Source: the human T2T-CHM13v2.0 reference genome, Homo sapiens. Taken from it: a stretch of DNA of 64,000 nucleotides. Both the position numbers and the translations under genes were made by a program. This document shows, one piece after another, positions 1-12,662 of this stretch. Numbering within the stretch: the first letter of the stretch is position 1; each line of letters starts with the position of its first letter. Where the stretch lies: NCBI RefSeq assembly GCF_009914755.1, contig NC_060932.1, one strand, 5' to 3'. Under the pieces are notes generated by a model, which did not search any database, had not been told where the DNA came from, and worked only from the letters and a program-made list of their open reading frames with translations.

Positions 1-944
1 ACATTTTCATTTCACAAAAAATAATTCCAGAAACCATGTGGAAGATTGACCAGAGGGGCAATGCTAAAGGCAGAATGGTTATTGAAATGGCCTGGAGAAG
101 CACTATTGAGGAACTGAAATGGGAAAGGAACAGTCGGAATAGAAGAGAAGAGGTGCTCGTAAGTGGTATTAACTCTCTTGGTTTATATCCTTGGTTTGTA
201 AGAGGAGGATGTCCACAAAGTTTGTGTGAATTGCCCAAGATTGCAAAGTTAATAAGCAGCTGTTCAGAAACTTAGTCCAGCACACTTTTTATCCCATTGG
301 TAGAATAGTGGCAAAAAAAAAAAACTAATGGAAACATAAAATCTTTGACTTTGAGAATTAGACTTCGAGGAGCTTATCTAATGCAAACACTCAACGCCAT
401 CAGATTTTGTTCGTAACTGATTTTAAATGTGAACCTCCTCAAAGATATTACTTTCTTCTTAACTTATAAGACCTGCCAATGGGTAAACATCAAACAGATA
501 ATGTATTCATTTTTTAACCTTGATTTAGACTCTTTTTCTATTACCTTCTGGGAAATCCTCAGCTTAAGAAAGAAATATTTTTATCTTTCTCACCTCTAAA
601 CATGTCCTGGTGCTGGAACAGTTAGCATTCTAATCAGCGTGGCTCCCAACCATCTGTGATGAGATTTCTTTGGGAGGATTCAACTCAGTCTCTTATGCTC
701 AGAAGTAGTTAATCCACTTGAGCTTAAAGCAGAAAGAAAATAGAGAAAGGAAAATTGCTGGGAGGGAGGGAATAGTAGTAAGGAATGTAGGGGGTAGGGG
801 AGGATGAATTAAATGAAACAGTGTGTTTTTTGCCCTAAACCTTCAGAAAATGAGAACATAATGCATCCGTGTAAGAGCACATAAAAGATAATGTTAAGCA
901 AAAAATTTTCATATTAATTACATGGAGGTTTTATAGGAGGCACT

Positions 945-1350
945 GGGCTGGTCATTTTACATTATCATTTCAGTTAATCTGTCCTATTTCCCCATGTGAT
1001 GTGAGTGTTATCCCTATTTTATAAATGAGAAAAGTAAGATGCAAAAATGTACCAGATCACAAGCTATCAGAGAATCCCTGTTATTTAAACTCAAAGCCTG
1101 AGTGCTTTCTTTTCAATAACCTTAGTAACAGTCTTATATTAGAATTCAACAAATATTTATCAAGTATTTATCATGAAGCCCAAATTAGGATGCAATTCAT
1201 CTTATTTCATTCTTAAAATAATCCTATGAGGTCAGTATTATTATTCCAAATTGTTACAGCAAAGGGAATTGGGGTGCAAAACAAAGAGAGTTAAGTGCCT
1301 GAGGTTTTATTCTAGGTGTCAGTAAAGATACAAGGCAGGAATTCAAGTTC
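945..1350 (-). mobile_element. Degraded MIR SINE fragments (two pieces, ~945-1100 and ~1190-1350)
   Basis: Antisense MIR core-like text: 'ccctattttataaatgagaaaagtaagat' and 'aataatcctatgaggtcagtattattattcc...gagagttaagtgcctgagg'. Confidence 0.6.
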
Positions 1351-1789
1351 CTGAAGAACTAGGTCTCTTCAGATTGGCCTTTTTTTCTGCTCTCTTTGGA
1401 AAAAACTTTCTCATACTGACATCTTTTCCGATTTCTTAGTCTTTTATGATCTTTCTCTCTTTGTCTAGAGGACCTACTGAAAGAGATATTTAGGAAGAAA
1501 GTCACTTAATTATTACAACCATTTGGGAACATATATGTTATCAGTATTTGTTCTTCCAATAACAACATAGGGCATATGTTAACAGACTAGCCAGTACAAT
1601 GATATCCTTAAGGGCCATTACTTTCGTGAAAAGATAAAAAGATCTAGGTGTGAAGTTGGTCTGTGAGGCATCTTTGTTATGAGAGTTTGAGCAAATATCT
1701 GAAACTTTATGATTCTCATTAAAAAATGCCATTGTTGGAACATAATCCAAATGAGTTATACATCTGGATCATATGTTCAAGAGGTCCAG

Positions 1790-2065
1790 CACACAATAAA
1801 AAGTACACATTAGAAATGCAAAGAAGAAGGAAAATGTGACCTATATCAAGACATAAAGTTGTCAATAGAAACAGTCACAGAGGTGATTCAGATGATGGAA
1901 CGAGTAGACAAGAACTTTATTGAAATTATGTTCAAGAAAAGGATGGACATATGAGCAAATAGATGGAGGATCTCAGCAGAGAAATGAAAACTATGGAAAA
2001 GAACCAAATGGAAGATCTGGAACTGAAAAGCACATTATCAAAAGTAAAAAATTCACTGGATGGTT
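1790..2065 (+). mobile_element. Ancient L1M ORF1-region fragment
   Basis: 'gatctcagcagagaaatgaaaactatggaaaagaaccaaatggaagatctggaactgaaaagcac...aaaaattcactggatgg' resembles the L1M ORF1 coiled-coil region. Confidence 0.65.
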
Positions 2066-2205
2066 ATACCGAAGTTTTCTATTTATTGTACCAAATACTG
2101 ATAAGAGGGTAATAAAACCTCAATTATGAATATATATATATTTTTTACTTAATTTTATTGTATTTTGCTTTATAAAGTTTGAAACTCTGTTATTAGACGC
2201 ACAAC

Positions 2206-2620
2206 TGTGATGGTTAATTTTATGTGTCAACTAGACTGGGCCATAGGGTGCCCACATACTTAGTCAAACAGTTTTCTGGCTACATCTGTGACGGGATGTT
2301 TTGGATGAGGTCAACATTTGAATTGCTAGACTGAATATAGCTGATTGCCTTCTGTAATGTGGGTAGGCCTCATCCAATTAGTTGACAGCCTCAAGAGAAT
2401 AAAGAGGCTGACCCTCCCAAGGGTAACAGGGAACCCTCCTGCTTTGTTGTCATGAATTGTGATGTAAGTTATTTTCCCATCTTCAGACTAGAACTGAAAC
2501 ATCCGCTCTTCCTGTGTCTTCCACCCCTCAGACTGGAACTATACTTTTGGCTCTCCTGGGTCTCCAGCTTGCAAACTGCAGATCTTGGGACTCCTCAGCT
2601 TTTAAAACTGCATGAGCTAA
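2206..2620 (+). mobile_element. MLT2-family (ERVL) LTR, 3' part lost
   Basis: Starts 'tgtgatggttaattttatgtgtcaactagactgggcca'; has internal 'taatgtgggtaggcctcatccaattagttga'; ends near 'catgagctaattcc'. Confidence 0.8.
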
Positions 2621-3345
2621 TTCCTTTCACTCTTTTTTATGGCTTCATAATATTCCACGGTGTATATGTACCGCATTTTCTTTATTCAATCTGTCAGTGA
2701 TGGGCATTTAGGCAGATTCCATGTCTTTGCTATTGTGAATAGTGCTGCAATTAACATATAGGTGCATGTGTCTTTGTGGTAGAATGATTTCTATTCCTTT
2801 GAGCGTATATCAAGTAATGGGATTGGTGGGTTGAATGATAGTTCTGCTTTTAGCTCTTTGAGGAATCACCACACTGCTTTACACAATGGTTGAACTAATT
2901 TACACTCCCACCAATAGTGTATAAGCATTTCCTTTCCTCCACAATCTTCCCAGCATCTGTTATTTTTGACTTTTTAATAGTAGCTATTCTGAGTGGTGTG
3001 AGATGGTATCTCATTGTGGTTTTGATTTGCATTTCTCTAATAATCAGTGATATTGAGCTTGTTTCATACGCTTGTTGGTTGCATGTATGTTTTCTTTTGA
3101 GAAGTGTCTGTTCATGTCCTTTGCCCACTTCTTAATGGTTTTTTTTTATTGTAAATTTGTTTAAGTTCCTTATAGATGCTGGGTATTAGACCTTTGTCTG
3201 ATGCATAGTTTGCAAATATTTTCTCTCATTCTGTAGGTTGTCTGTTTATTCTGTTGATAGTTTTCCTTTGTAGAAGCTATTAAGTTTAATTAGATCCCAT
3301 TTGTCAATCTTTACTTTTGTTGCAATTGCTTTTGGTGTGTTTGTG
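2621..3345 (-). mobile_element. L1PB-like ORF2 C-terminal/3' region fragment
   Basis: The minus-strand ORF 2895..3128 contains '[17 protein letters not shown]', an L1 ORF2 C-terminal motif; typical antisense L1 text 'tgagatggtatctcattgtggttttgatttgcatttctct'. Confidence 0.9.
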
Positions 3346-3725
3346 CAGGGTCTTTATTTGTAGCTGACTTCTTATATTTGGCTTCACAGAGAGGTATGTT
3401 AGCAAAATATTTTTCGTGTTGAAGCTTTGTGGTGTGATCCAGTAGGTGGCACTCAGGCATAGTGGTCAGTTGGTAGGCTCTTGCTCAGTTGTGTGTCTCC
3501 CTTGTATTTCCTCATAGTTGCAGCCATGTTTCCTCTCAATGCTCTGCAAGTGAGGGTTCCTCTTCCACTTAAGTCGTGGCTATAGACTACAAATTGGCAC
3601 CCCCAGGCCGCCCACCACAGTTTTGGTATGTTCTCAGGGTTTATGTTTCCTCTCCAATTTGGAGGCAGCAGAGTAAGAGACCTTAGTAGTGGTTGTGGCT
3701 GAGGGTCTTCTGCTTGTCTGAAGGA
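3346..3725 (-). mobile_element. Probable L1PB/L1P4-type 5' region fragment
   Basis: GC-richer segment 'gaagctttgtggtgtgatccagtaggtggcactc...gcagccatgtttcctctcaatgctctg' resembles the antisense L1P4 5' end as I recall it. Confidence 0.5.
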
Positions 3726-3759
3726 GTTCATAAATAGGATATAAAAGTTATTAGTTTTG

Positions 3760-4398
3760 TAAGAGAAGACTAAAAATTTAGATTTCATTAAAATTAAGAA
3801 CATTGGTTCACATCAATAAACATTGTTAAGAGAACAAAAAGGAAAGCCACTGGGAGAGACAAGATATTTATAAGACACATATTTGACAAAAATCTAATCT
3901 AGAATATATAAATAGGGCCTATGAATTGATAAGCAAACTATAAACAATCCAATAGGAAAGTTGATTTAAAAATTTGAAGGTACTTCAAGAAAGAAAAGGC
4001 AGTAAAGATTAAAAAGGTGCTCAATAAAGGATCCATCAGAGGCATGCAAATTCAAACGAAATAAAATATCACTACCCACCACAGGAATGGGCAACATTTT
4101 AAAAAAGTCGAACCAAATCAAGGATTATTGAATATGTGAAACAATTGTAACCTTCATTTCATTCTGGAAAACTGTTTAGCAGTATCTATATAGACCTTAA
4201 TTATGACCCAACATTTCTACTTCTAGATATATATCCAACAGAAATTCATACCAATGAGCAACAAAAAGTCAAGTGCAGGAATATTTATAGCAACATTTGA
4301 TTTATAATGAGAAATGGAAATTTCTATTAAAAATAAAATAGAAAAAGAAGTCACAATATATTATTCATCAAAAGGTATATTATATAACAATGAAAATA

Positions 4399-4453
<55 letters not shown>

Positions 4454-4785
4454 CAACAACATGGGTTTAAATCTCAATATAATATTGAATTTTAAAAGCC
4501 AGATACAGGACAGTAAGTATTCTATGATTCCATCAAAATATCTTGCAAAAATAGACAAATCTAACTTGTTCTGCTAGAAGTCAGAGTGGTGGTTACCTTT
4601 ATAAAGGAGGCAAAAGAAGGATTAAGAAGAGGTGCAAGCAGGATTTCTAGAGCTGGTGATGGTATCATTCTATTTCCCAATCTGTGTTGTGGTTACATGT
4701 ATGTCTTCATTTTTTAAAAGTGCATCAAACTTACACTTATAAATTATGCACTTTTCTGGATATATAGTTCAGTAAAAAAAATTAC
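3760..4785 (+). mobile_element. Old L1M (L1ME/MC-like) ORF2 end and 3' UTR
   Basis: 'gatttcattaaaattaagaac', 'atgcaaattcaaac', 'tatgacccaacatttctacttctag' and 3' UTR 'agaagtcagagtggtggttacctt'. Confidence 0.75.
4404..4450. repeat. (TA)n microsatellite, ~23 units
   Basis: Perfect TA run, seen directly. Confidence 0.97.
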
Positions 4786-5689
4786 AAATGCTAGAAAAAA
4801 AGATAAAACCTAAAGAATATAGAGTCAGAAAATAATAAAGATATGAGTAAAAATTCATGTTAGAAAAAACAAAAGGATAAAAAACTCAATAAACCAAAAG
4901 CCATTTTTTTTGGAAAAAATAAGAAGACAAAAATAGAGCAATAAAATGGCAATTCTATAGCAAATCTACTCAAGAAATAAAGGGAAATAATTTACACTAC
5001 TGTTTTAATCATAATTATATATTTATATTTATGTAATAAATAATGTAAATAAATATTTTTACATTATTGACATCAGGCAGTGGGTTAGAGCCAGATGGTT
5101 TCAATTTCAATCAATTGGTAATGGGGAACACCTGAATGTTTTTGAGCAAGGAAATGATATGATCTGATTGTCTTCTGGAAAGATCTCTCTGGGACTAGTA
5201 TGTAGAATGATTGAATGACCAGTATGTAGAATGGTTCTACTAATATGTACAATGATTGAAGAATAACTATTTTTTAAAAGAAATAAATTTTGCTCCAGAA
5301 ATAAAGGGAAATTTTAAAAAGAATACTTTTCTTGGTCCTTCTCAGTTTATGCTATAGTTGTATTTGTTTGAGGCATTACTTTTCAAGTGCTTTTAAACCA
5401 GAGCTGAGGTTTATTTTCATCATTCTTTTCATTAATCTGAGGGGCAATGATCCATTGTTTGTGACTCAACATTCTGGATTTGCATAATAGAAGACAGGCA
5501 ATTTGTTTCAAACTCACAGAAAAATATTTCAACACATTTGTCTTTTTCAGCATCCTTACCAGTTATGACATTGACATCATGAAAAAATACTAATTCTAAA
5601 ATAGTCACAGATATTTAATTTAACTTGCAATGCATTTGCTTCTACTCAACAATAACTATGTGTCTAGCACCTGGTTTTTATTTAAATTT

Positions 5690-6400
5690 TATTAATTCCA
5701 TAAGCAAATACTGAGCTTCCAGTTTGTGCTGGCCACAGAGCTTGATCCTACCATGCAACAGTGTGTAAAACAACTACCTCCCTGAAGGAACTCTAACCCT
5801 GTGGGGCCAAGAAATAGACATACATAAACAATTACATTACAGGGCTAGGCATGGTGGCTCATGCCTTTAATCCTAGTACTTTGGGAGGCCAAGATGGGAG
5901 GATCACTTGAGCCTAAGAGTTTGAGATCAGCCTGGGAATCATGGCAAGACCCTGTCTCCACGAAAATAAAAGTTAAGAAAAAAAATTAGTTGGGTGTGGT
6001 GGGATATGCCTTCAGCCCCAGCTACTCAGGAGGCTGAGGTAGGAAGATAGCTTGAGCCTGGGAGGTTGAGGCTGCAGTTAGCTGTGATCATGTCACTGTA
6101 CTATAGGCTGGGTGACAGAGAAGACTCTGTCTCAAAAAAAAACCTTACATTATAGAGTATTATATGCTGCAATAGAAATATGTCTGGAGTCATATGGTAG
6201 ATCAGAGGAGAAAACAATTAAGTTTGTTGAGAAGATAGAAAAGGGTTGAAGGAAGATTTCACACAATCTGAGCATTGAAGTACATGTGGGTTTTGTCTGA
6301 TGAGAAACAGGGATGAGCTGAAAGCACTATAGGAAGAATCATTAGCATGCAGTCCTGGACAGGCATATTGTGTGCAGAAAGGCCCAGAGATAATTATGGG
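5690..6400 (-). mobile_element. L2 LINE 3' fragment interrupted by an Alu
   Basis: 'aagcaaatactgagcttccagtttgtgctggccacag' and, after the Alu, 'gggttgaaggaagatttcac...tctgagcattgaag...cattgtgtgcagaaaggcccagag'. Confidence 0.6.
5843..6142 (+). mobile_element. AluJ, full length
   Basis: Dimeric Alu with J-type 'gaggatcacttgagcc' and 'gaggctgcagt'; TSD ttacattacag (5832-5842) / ttacattatag (6145-6155). Confidence 0.95.
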
Positions 6401-7162
6401 AACATTCAAAGGACCCCATTTGTGAAGCAACTTCAGGCCCTGCTACGATGCTCAATTTCAGCACAAAGAGGCAAGCCCAGCAGACTCCTAGAGAGATGGA
6501 TGAGAAGGTCCAGTGTGATTTTGAAAGATAACATTCCGTTCACTCTGCTCTGAAGGCCCTGTGAGTGTCTTGCCATCACTTGACTATACTATGAATGTTC
6601 TTTCAGATCTTCCTGCTTTGTGCGGTGCAAAGTGCTATACTTAGTCTGCTTTTAAAGCATTGCCTGCCAGCATAAAAGTCACATGTCCTTGGAACTATTT
6701 CTGAGCCTCCTGGCATAGTCAGTTTCTCCCTCCACAGTATTTGTGTGTTGCCTTGTACATATGCTATTACAAGATTCACCCCAATTAATGATAAATACGC
6801 TTCCAGTCCTTCACTGGATTTGGGGATATCTGATGACACTGGATGCTGCCTTTCTTATTTATAGCCTTAGTACCCTGAAGAGCTCTAAGTATGTAATGAA
6901 TATTTAATCAATGTTTGTTAAACATAGCTCTCAATCATACAGTTAATTGTGTTTAAGAAAATGGCCTATCACATAACCGTAATGACCCAGAAGAATTTTT
7001 GTATTGTGAAATATCGCACCATTTTTGTTTGATAATTTTGAATTTTCAAAATTAGCATCTCCTATGATAAAAGAAACTAATAAATGCTTTGAAAAGAAAG
7101 TCAAGAAAAAGTCCTAACATTTACTTGACACTTACTAGAAGCTCATACTATGCTAAGAATAT

Positions 7163-7545
7163 GTGTCATAGTTAATCATGTGTGTCAGCTTGGCTAGGCT
7201 CTTGTGTCCAGATGTTTGGTTAAACACCAGACTAGATGTTGCTTCTAAGTTATTTTTAGATGTAATTAACATTTAAATCAGTACATGAATAAAGTGGATT
7301 AACCCCCTGCTTTAATAATGTGGGTGGGCCTCACCCAATGAGTCGAAGGCCTTATGAGAAAAGACTGAGGTTCCTCCATGAGGAAGAAATTCTGCCTCCA
7401 GATTGCCTTGAAACTCAAGGCTGCAACATCAAAAATATCAACTCTTGTCAGAATTTCTAGGCTTTCAGCCTCTTCTGCAAATTTTCGACTTGCCAGCTTC
7501 CATAATCCTGTGAGCCAATTCTTTAGAATAAATCAATCCCCTCTC
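7163..7545 (+). mobile_element. MLT2D-like (ERVL) LTR inserted within a MIR remnant
   Basis: 'gttaatcatgtgtgtcagcttggctaggct', 'taatgtgggtgggcctcacccaatgagtcgaaggcctta' and 'gtgagccaattctttagaataaatc'; MIR-like flanks. Confidence 0.8.
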
Positions 7546-9384
7546 CTCATTAATCTTAGTTAGATAACACAACCTGACATCATTCACACATCACACACAG
7601 CTTTTGAGGCCAGTATTATTCTCATTTTTTGCACAAAGTTACTGAGGCTCTGAAAGCTTAAGTCTCTTGCATGGTGGATGTAGCAGGCAGTAATACTCTT
7701 CACCAATTATCCATTTCTCCTAGGGTGAGCAACTGTTCTGGCTTGCCTAAAACTGTGTTTAGAGGATGTGGTTAGAGAAGACAGCATGTAAGAATCATGA
7801 ACTTAAACCAGGAAGTGAGAGCTGACTGCTCTTTCTCTAAGAGTTTCAGGGACAGTTGCGAGACAGAGACCCTCTTAGGATGGAAGAGAAATTTCCACAG
7901 ATCCCATTGTACTCAGAAGAGCACTGGTCAAGGAATCTTTGGTTAAAACCTTGAATAACTGTTTTCTCTCAAAGCTCCAAGTCACCTATCTGTGAAGTAA
8001 AGGTGCATACCACATACTTACTCCAATTCCTTTCAGCCCTGACATTTTATGGTTGAGAAAATCCTCCTCAGTATCATCACAGATACATCTCCTAGATTTT
8101 CTTGATCACCAGAAAGCAAAGGAGAAAGTCTAACATAAACTCAAAATGCAGACACAATAAAGAATACACTAACGAGTCTGTTTGGGCTTTTTAATCAGCA
8201 GAATTCATTATGGTAAATGTGAATGGCTTTGTAGAGTTCTTAATTTCCTGTTTATCCCATTATATTTGTATCATAAATGACTTGACTTTTAGTTTGTGGT
8301 TAAGAATAGAAAAGGGTAGTTAAATAATTATAGACAGTATGTATTCTTTACTGCAACTGAGCCAGACATGAGGCAAGATAATATGAAGACAACCCAACTG
8401 CAGCCAAAGCTCTTTCCCTGTGGACTTCTCACCCAGCAGTCAGGGTGTAGACAGCTCATGCTGCTTACAGCTCTCCTGGCCTTGTCTGACAGCCACCACT
8501 TAAATGCAGGTGTCCCTCAGCATCCTCTTTCTGTCAGAACCGAGGCAGATTTGAATTTCTTCTGTTGTAAAGTGTGTGCATTTTAACAGCTTTTTGATTG
8601 AACAATTCTCTAAAAGTGCGGTTGGAGTTTTTGTATCATATGCTTTTATGTTCAGACACAAAGATTTATTTATGTTGAATTTCTAGGTGACGTCAGAATT
8701 GCAAGAGTTCTTTATAGATGAGTCAACAGATTCTGAGAGCTGAACTAATTTATCTACAGTCAAATACACTATTTATTTGCTACACTTGAAGTGTGTAGAG
8801 TTCTATGCTGGGGCCGAGCATGGAAGAGGGATGCAATATGTTCTATAACCTCTGTGAGGCTAGTACTGTTTCTGAACTATGAATTGGTTCTTTAGATAAG
8901 GGAAGGGAAATCAAATTCTGCCTAAAATATGTGGTAAAGATGTCAAAAAAGAAATTAGGAGGATGAAAAATAACTCTCTATTGCAAGCAGAGAGGGAGCA
9001 CACACCAAGGCCTAGTAGTGGAAAGAACATAGTATTCTTAGGAGGCAGAGAGTTTTTGTTGCTGTTGAGAACCTTGACAGCATATTATAATAACCAGGGG
9101 AACTATAAAAAGTATGGATGCTGAATGCCATCCCCAGACCTTCTGCCTTTATTGAAGGTAGGTGGAAATTCAAATTGCTTTACACTTTTCAACAGTTAGT
9201 ATTGAGTATATCAATTCCTTATAAAATGGGGAAGAACAAGTACCCCAAAAAGTCCCATACATGAAGAAAACCTTGGAGGCCTTCTTATCCACTCCTGTGA
9301 TTTTTACAAAGAAGATGAGAACTAAAGATAATTTATTTACTCATAAACATATTGAAAATTTCAATTAAGGCTGACATAGCCTTA

Positions 9385-9463
9385 ATTTTTATACTCTCTT
9401 CTTACAGGACTGACTGGACAAAACATTTTTATACTCTCTTCTTACAGGACTGACTGGACAAAG
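9385..9463 (+). repeat. Tandem duplication: 38-bp identical unit, period 41
   Basis: atttttatactctcttcttacaggactgactggacaaa at 9385-9422 and 9426-9463. Confidence 0.97.
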
Positions 9464-9615
9464 TTGAGCCCCTTTAATATGTGCTGATTGGCAATATTTA
9501 TTTTAAGGCATGAGCATATGTAATCTGATAACCACCCATTCTTAGCCAGTGTCTATGTTAACTAAGGTTGATTTGGTCAACTCAACCACGTTTCCCTTGG
9601 AAGCTGTTTTGAATG

Positions 9616-10220
9616 TGTGTTAGTCAGCTCTGGCTGCCATAACAAAATACCATAGACTGGGTAGCTTCAATAACAGAACTCTATTTTCTCACACTTGTGG
9701 TGGTTGCAAGTCCAAGATCAAGGTGCCAGCAGAGTTGTTTCAGTTTCTGGTGAGGACTTTTCTGAGCTATCAGACTGTTGCCTCCTTGCTATGCTCTCAC
9801 ATGGCTTTTCCTTGGCACATAGCTCTCTGGTGTCTCTTCTAATAAGGACGCTAATCCTATTGGATCGGGGCCCCACCCTTATGACCTTATTTCATGTTAA
9901 TTACTTTTTTTTTTTTTTTTTTTGAGATGAGGTCTCACTCTGTCACCCAGGCTGAGGGAAGTGGTGGAATCTTGGCTTGCTGCAACATCCACCTCCTGGG
10001 CTCAAGCAATCCTTCCACCTCAGCCTCCCAAGTAGCTGGGACTACAGGTACATGCCATCACGCCTGGCTAATTTTGTGTATTTTTGGTAGAGATGAGGTT
10101 TTGCCACATTGCTCAGCCTGTAATACTTCTTTAGAAGGCCAGTCACCAAATACAGCCACCCTAGGGGTTAGGGCTTCAACGTATGCATTTTGGAGTGATG
10201 CAAACATTCAATCTAGAACA
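9616..10220 (-). mobile_element. MLT1A-like MaLR solo LTR containing an Alu
   Basis: 'tgtgttagtcagctctggctgccataacaaaataccatagactggg...aagtccaagatcaaggtgccagcag' and end 'aacattcaatctagaaca'. Confidence 0.85.
9905..10119 (-). mobile_element. 5'-truncated AluJ
   Basis: Poly-T, then 'gagatgaggtctcactctgtcacccaggctg...ctcctgggctcaagcaatcc'; stops partway into the left arm; TSD-like taattacttt/taatacttct. Confidence 0.9.
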
Positions 10221-11065
10221 AACTATATAAAGTATTCATCAAGCTTGTGTTTTTCATTGTGTATACATGCAAATATTTAAGCACAGGATTTTCAAAGGAG
10301 GTGAGGGTTGACTTTGTTTAGATTATTGAGTTTGATTTTCTATTTGTATATAAATGCCTTACACTTAGTAGATTAGGATACATTTTGCCTGAAATCACTT
10401 TGAATGTTTTGCTCTTGCCTGACTGTGGGTTGTAAGATATTAACTCTATGCACAGATCCATCTGGCTTTTCTTGCCTATATGATGTAAAGTTTTAAACTA
10501 AGACTTGAATTATAAAATATTCTAAGTATTCAATACCAGATTGTTTAAAAAATTAAAGATTCATAGCTGGCAACAAAAAATAGAGAGAGCATTTGGGCTT
10601 TGGACTAGACAAAACAGATTTCAAATTCTGGCCCCCTTCCACACTCTGAAAGAATGTGGAAGTTGCATAAATCCTGTCTAAGCATCAGTTTCCACTTATA
10701 TGCACATTGAATAATATTAACTTCATGAGTACTGTGAGGATAAAGTATATCCATTCAACCCCTAACCAGTATCAGTATTTACACTATTTAACAACTAGTA
10801 AGATATGGTATTGCCCAATCATAATAGACGCTGCCCACTGGAAAACAAAAACAAAAACAAAAAACAATAAACAAACAAAAACTATAGGTAAATTTCAGCT
10901 GAATGCTGAATTTTTGTTCAATCATTGGCCTGAATAAATGTAGGTATAGGTGCAGGAAATGCAGAAAGTAATGGAAAAAGATCCATATCTTGAGAGATTC
11001 AAAGTACACTGAGGGAACATCAGACACAGAACAAATGTAATACAGTGTTATAGATAATATGATAA

Positions 11066-11405
11066 TGCTGTGGTCTAGATATTTGTCTCCCATGATACCA
11101 AATATAGAAGTGGAATCCTAATCCTCAAGGTGAAGGAGATGAGGACTTTGGAAGCTGACTAGGTCATGATGGTGGAGCCCTCACCAATGTAGTTTGTGGC
11201 CTTATAAATGAAGCCCCAGAAAGCTGTCTTGCTCCTTTCACCATGTGAGGACGCTGTGAAAAGGCACCATCTATGATCCAGGAAGCAGCCCTCACCAGAC
11301 ACCACATCTGTTGGACGTCCAGCCTCCAGAACTATGAGAAAGAAATTTCTGTTGTTTATAAGCCACTCGGTTGTTTTATTGTAGCAGCCTGAATGGACTA
11401 AGACA
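11066..11405 (+). mobile_element. MLT1A-like MaLR solo LTR
   Basis: TG...CA ends: 'tgctgtggtctagatatttgtctcc'...'ccagcctccagaactatgagaaagaaatttctgttgtttataagccac...gactaagaca'. Confidence 0.85.
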
Positions 11406-12303
11406 GATGGAAAGTGTGTGATGAGTGAAAGTGACTAGTATGAGCCTGGCATAAAACAGGCTGTCTTCTCTTCATGTTGGCCTGGATAGGGAAACCAATC
11501 TTTTGCATCATCATGAGATTAAGCATCATTTTATCTAACATAAGTGGGAGGGAGAGAGAAAAATCAGAAGATAGAAACTACTCATATTACAAATAAAAGG
11601 AAACCAATTTAAAAAATCCAGCTCATTCTAGTCTTTATCTTGTACTGTAGTGCACTGGTTTAGCATGCTACCCTCCAGGCACGTATAATTTGTCACTGTT
11701 ACCCAAACACATAAGTAATCTCAATAATCTAAAAATAATAATAACCTTTTATATCCAGTGAACCAAGCGTTGCACTACGCATTTTATAAATATCATCTTA
11801 TTTAATCCTCTTTGAACCTGCTAAGAAGACAATATGATCTCTGCTTGTTCAGTGTGAAAACTGAAGGTCATAGAGGTGGAGTCAATGGTCAAGGTCACCT
11901 GACACAAGTTCATTCAATGCTTGGATTTGGTTCCAAGTTACCATCATGGATGGACCCAGTGACTTCCTAGAGGCTGCAGGGCAGCCTAATCCCTTGCTTG
12001 TTTCTCATCTCACGTGGACTCATTGAAACAAAAGACAACTCTTACCTAAAATGGTGAAGTATCATAAGAAAGTGGAATCCCCACCTTAAAGAGAAACAAT
12101 GTCATATTATGACAATATTTAAGGAAACAAAAATTAAATATTTTACAGTATTAGAAATATGATTACTGAATAAGTCCTTTCATTATGTTGATATGTAAGG
12201 GCACAGAGAGAGGTGAGAGAGAGAGAGAAAGAGAGGAGACACTTGACACTTATTGAACAAAGGGAGATTTTGGTGTTATCCTTGTATGTATAGTGATGTG
12301 TAG

Positions 12304-12662
<359 letters not shown>

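Noticed and set aside
9385-9463. CRISPR-like direct repeats (also 52453-52514)
   Set aside because: Only two copies, no unique spacers, no cas genes, and a eukaryotic context.
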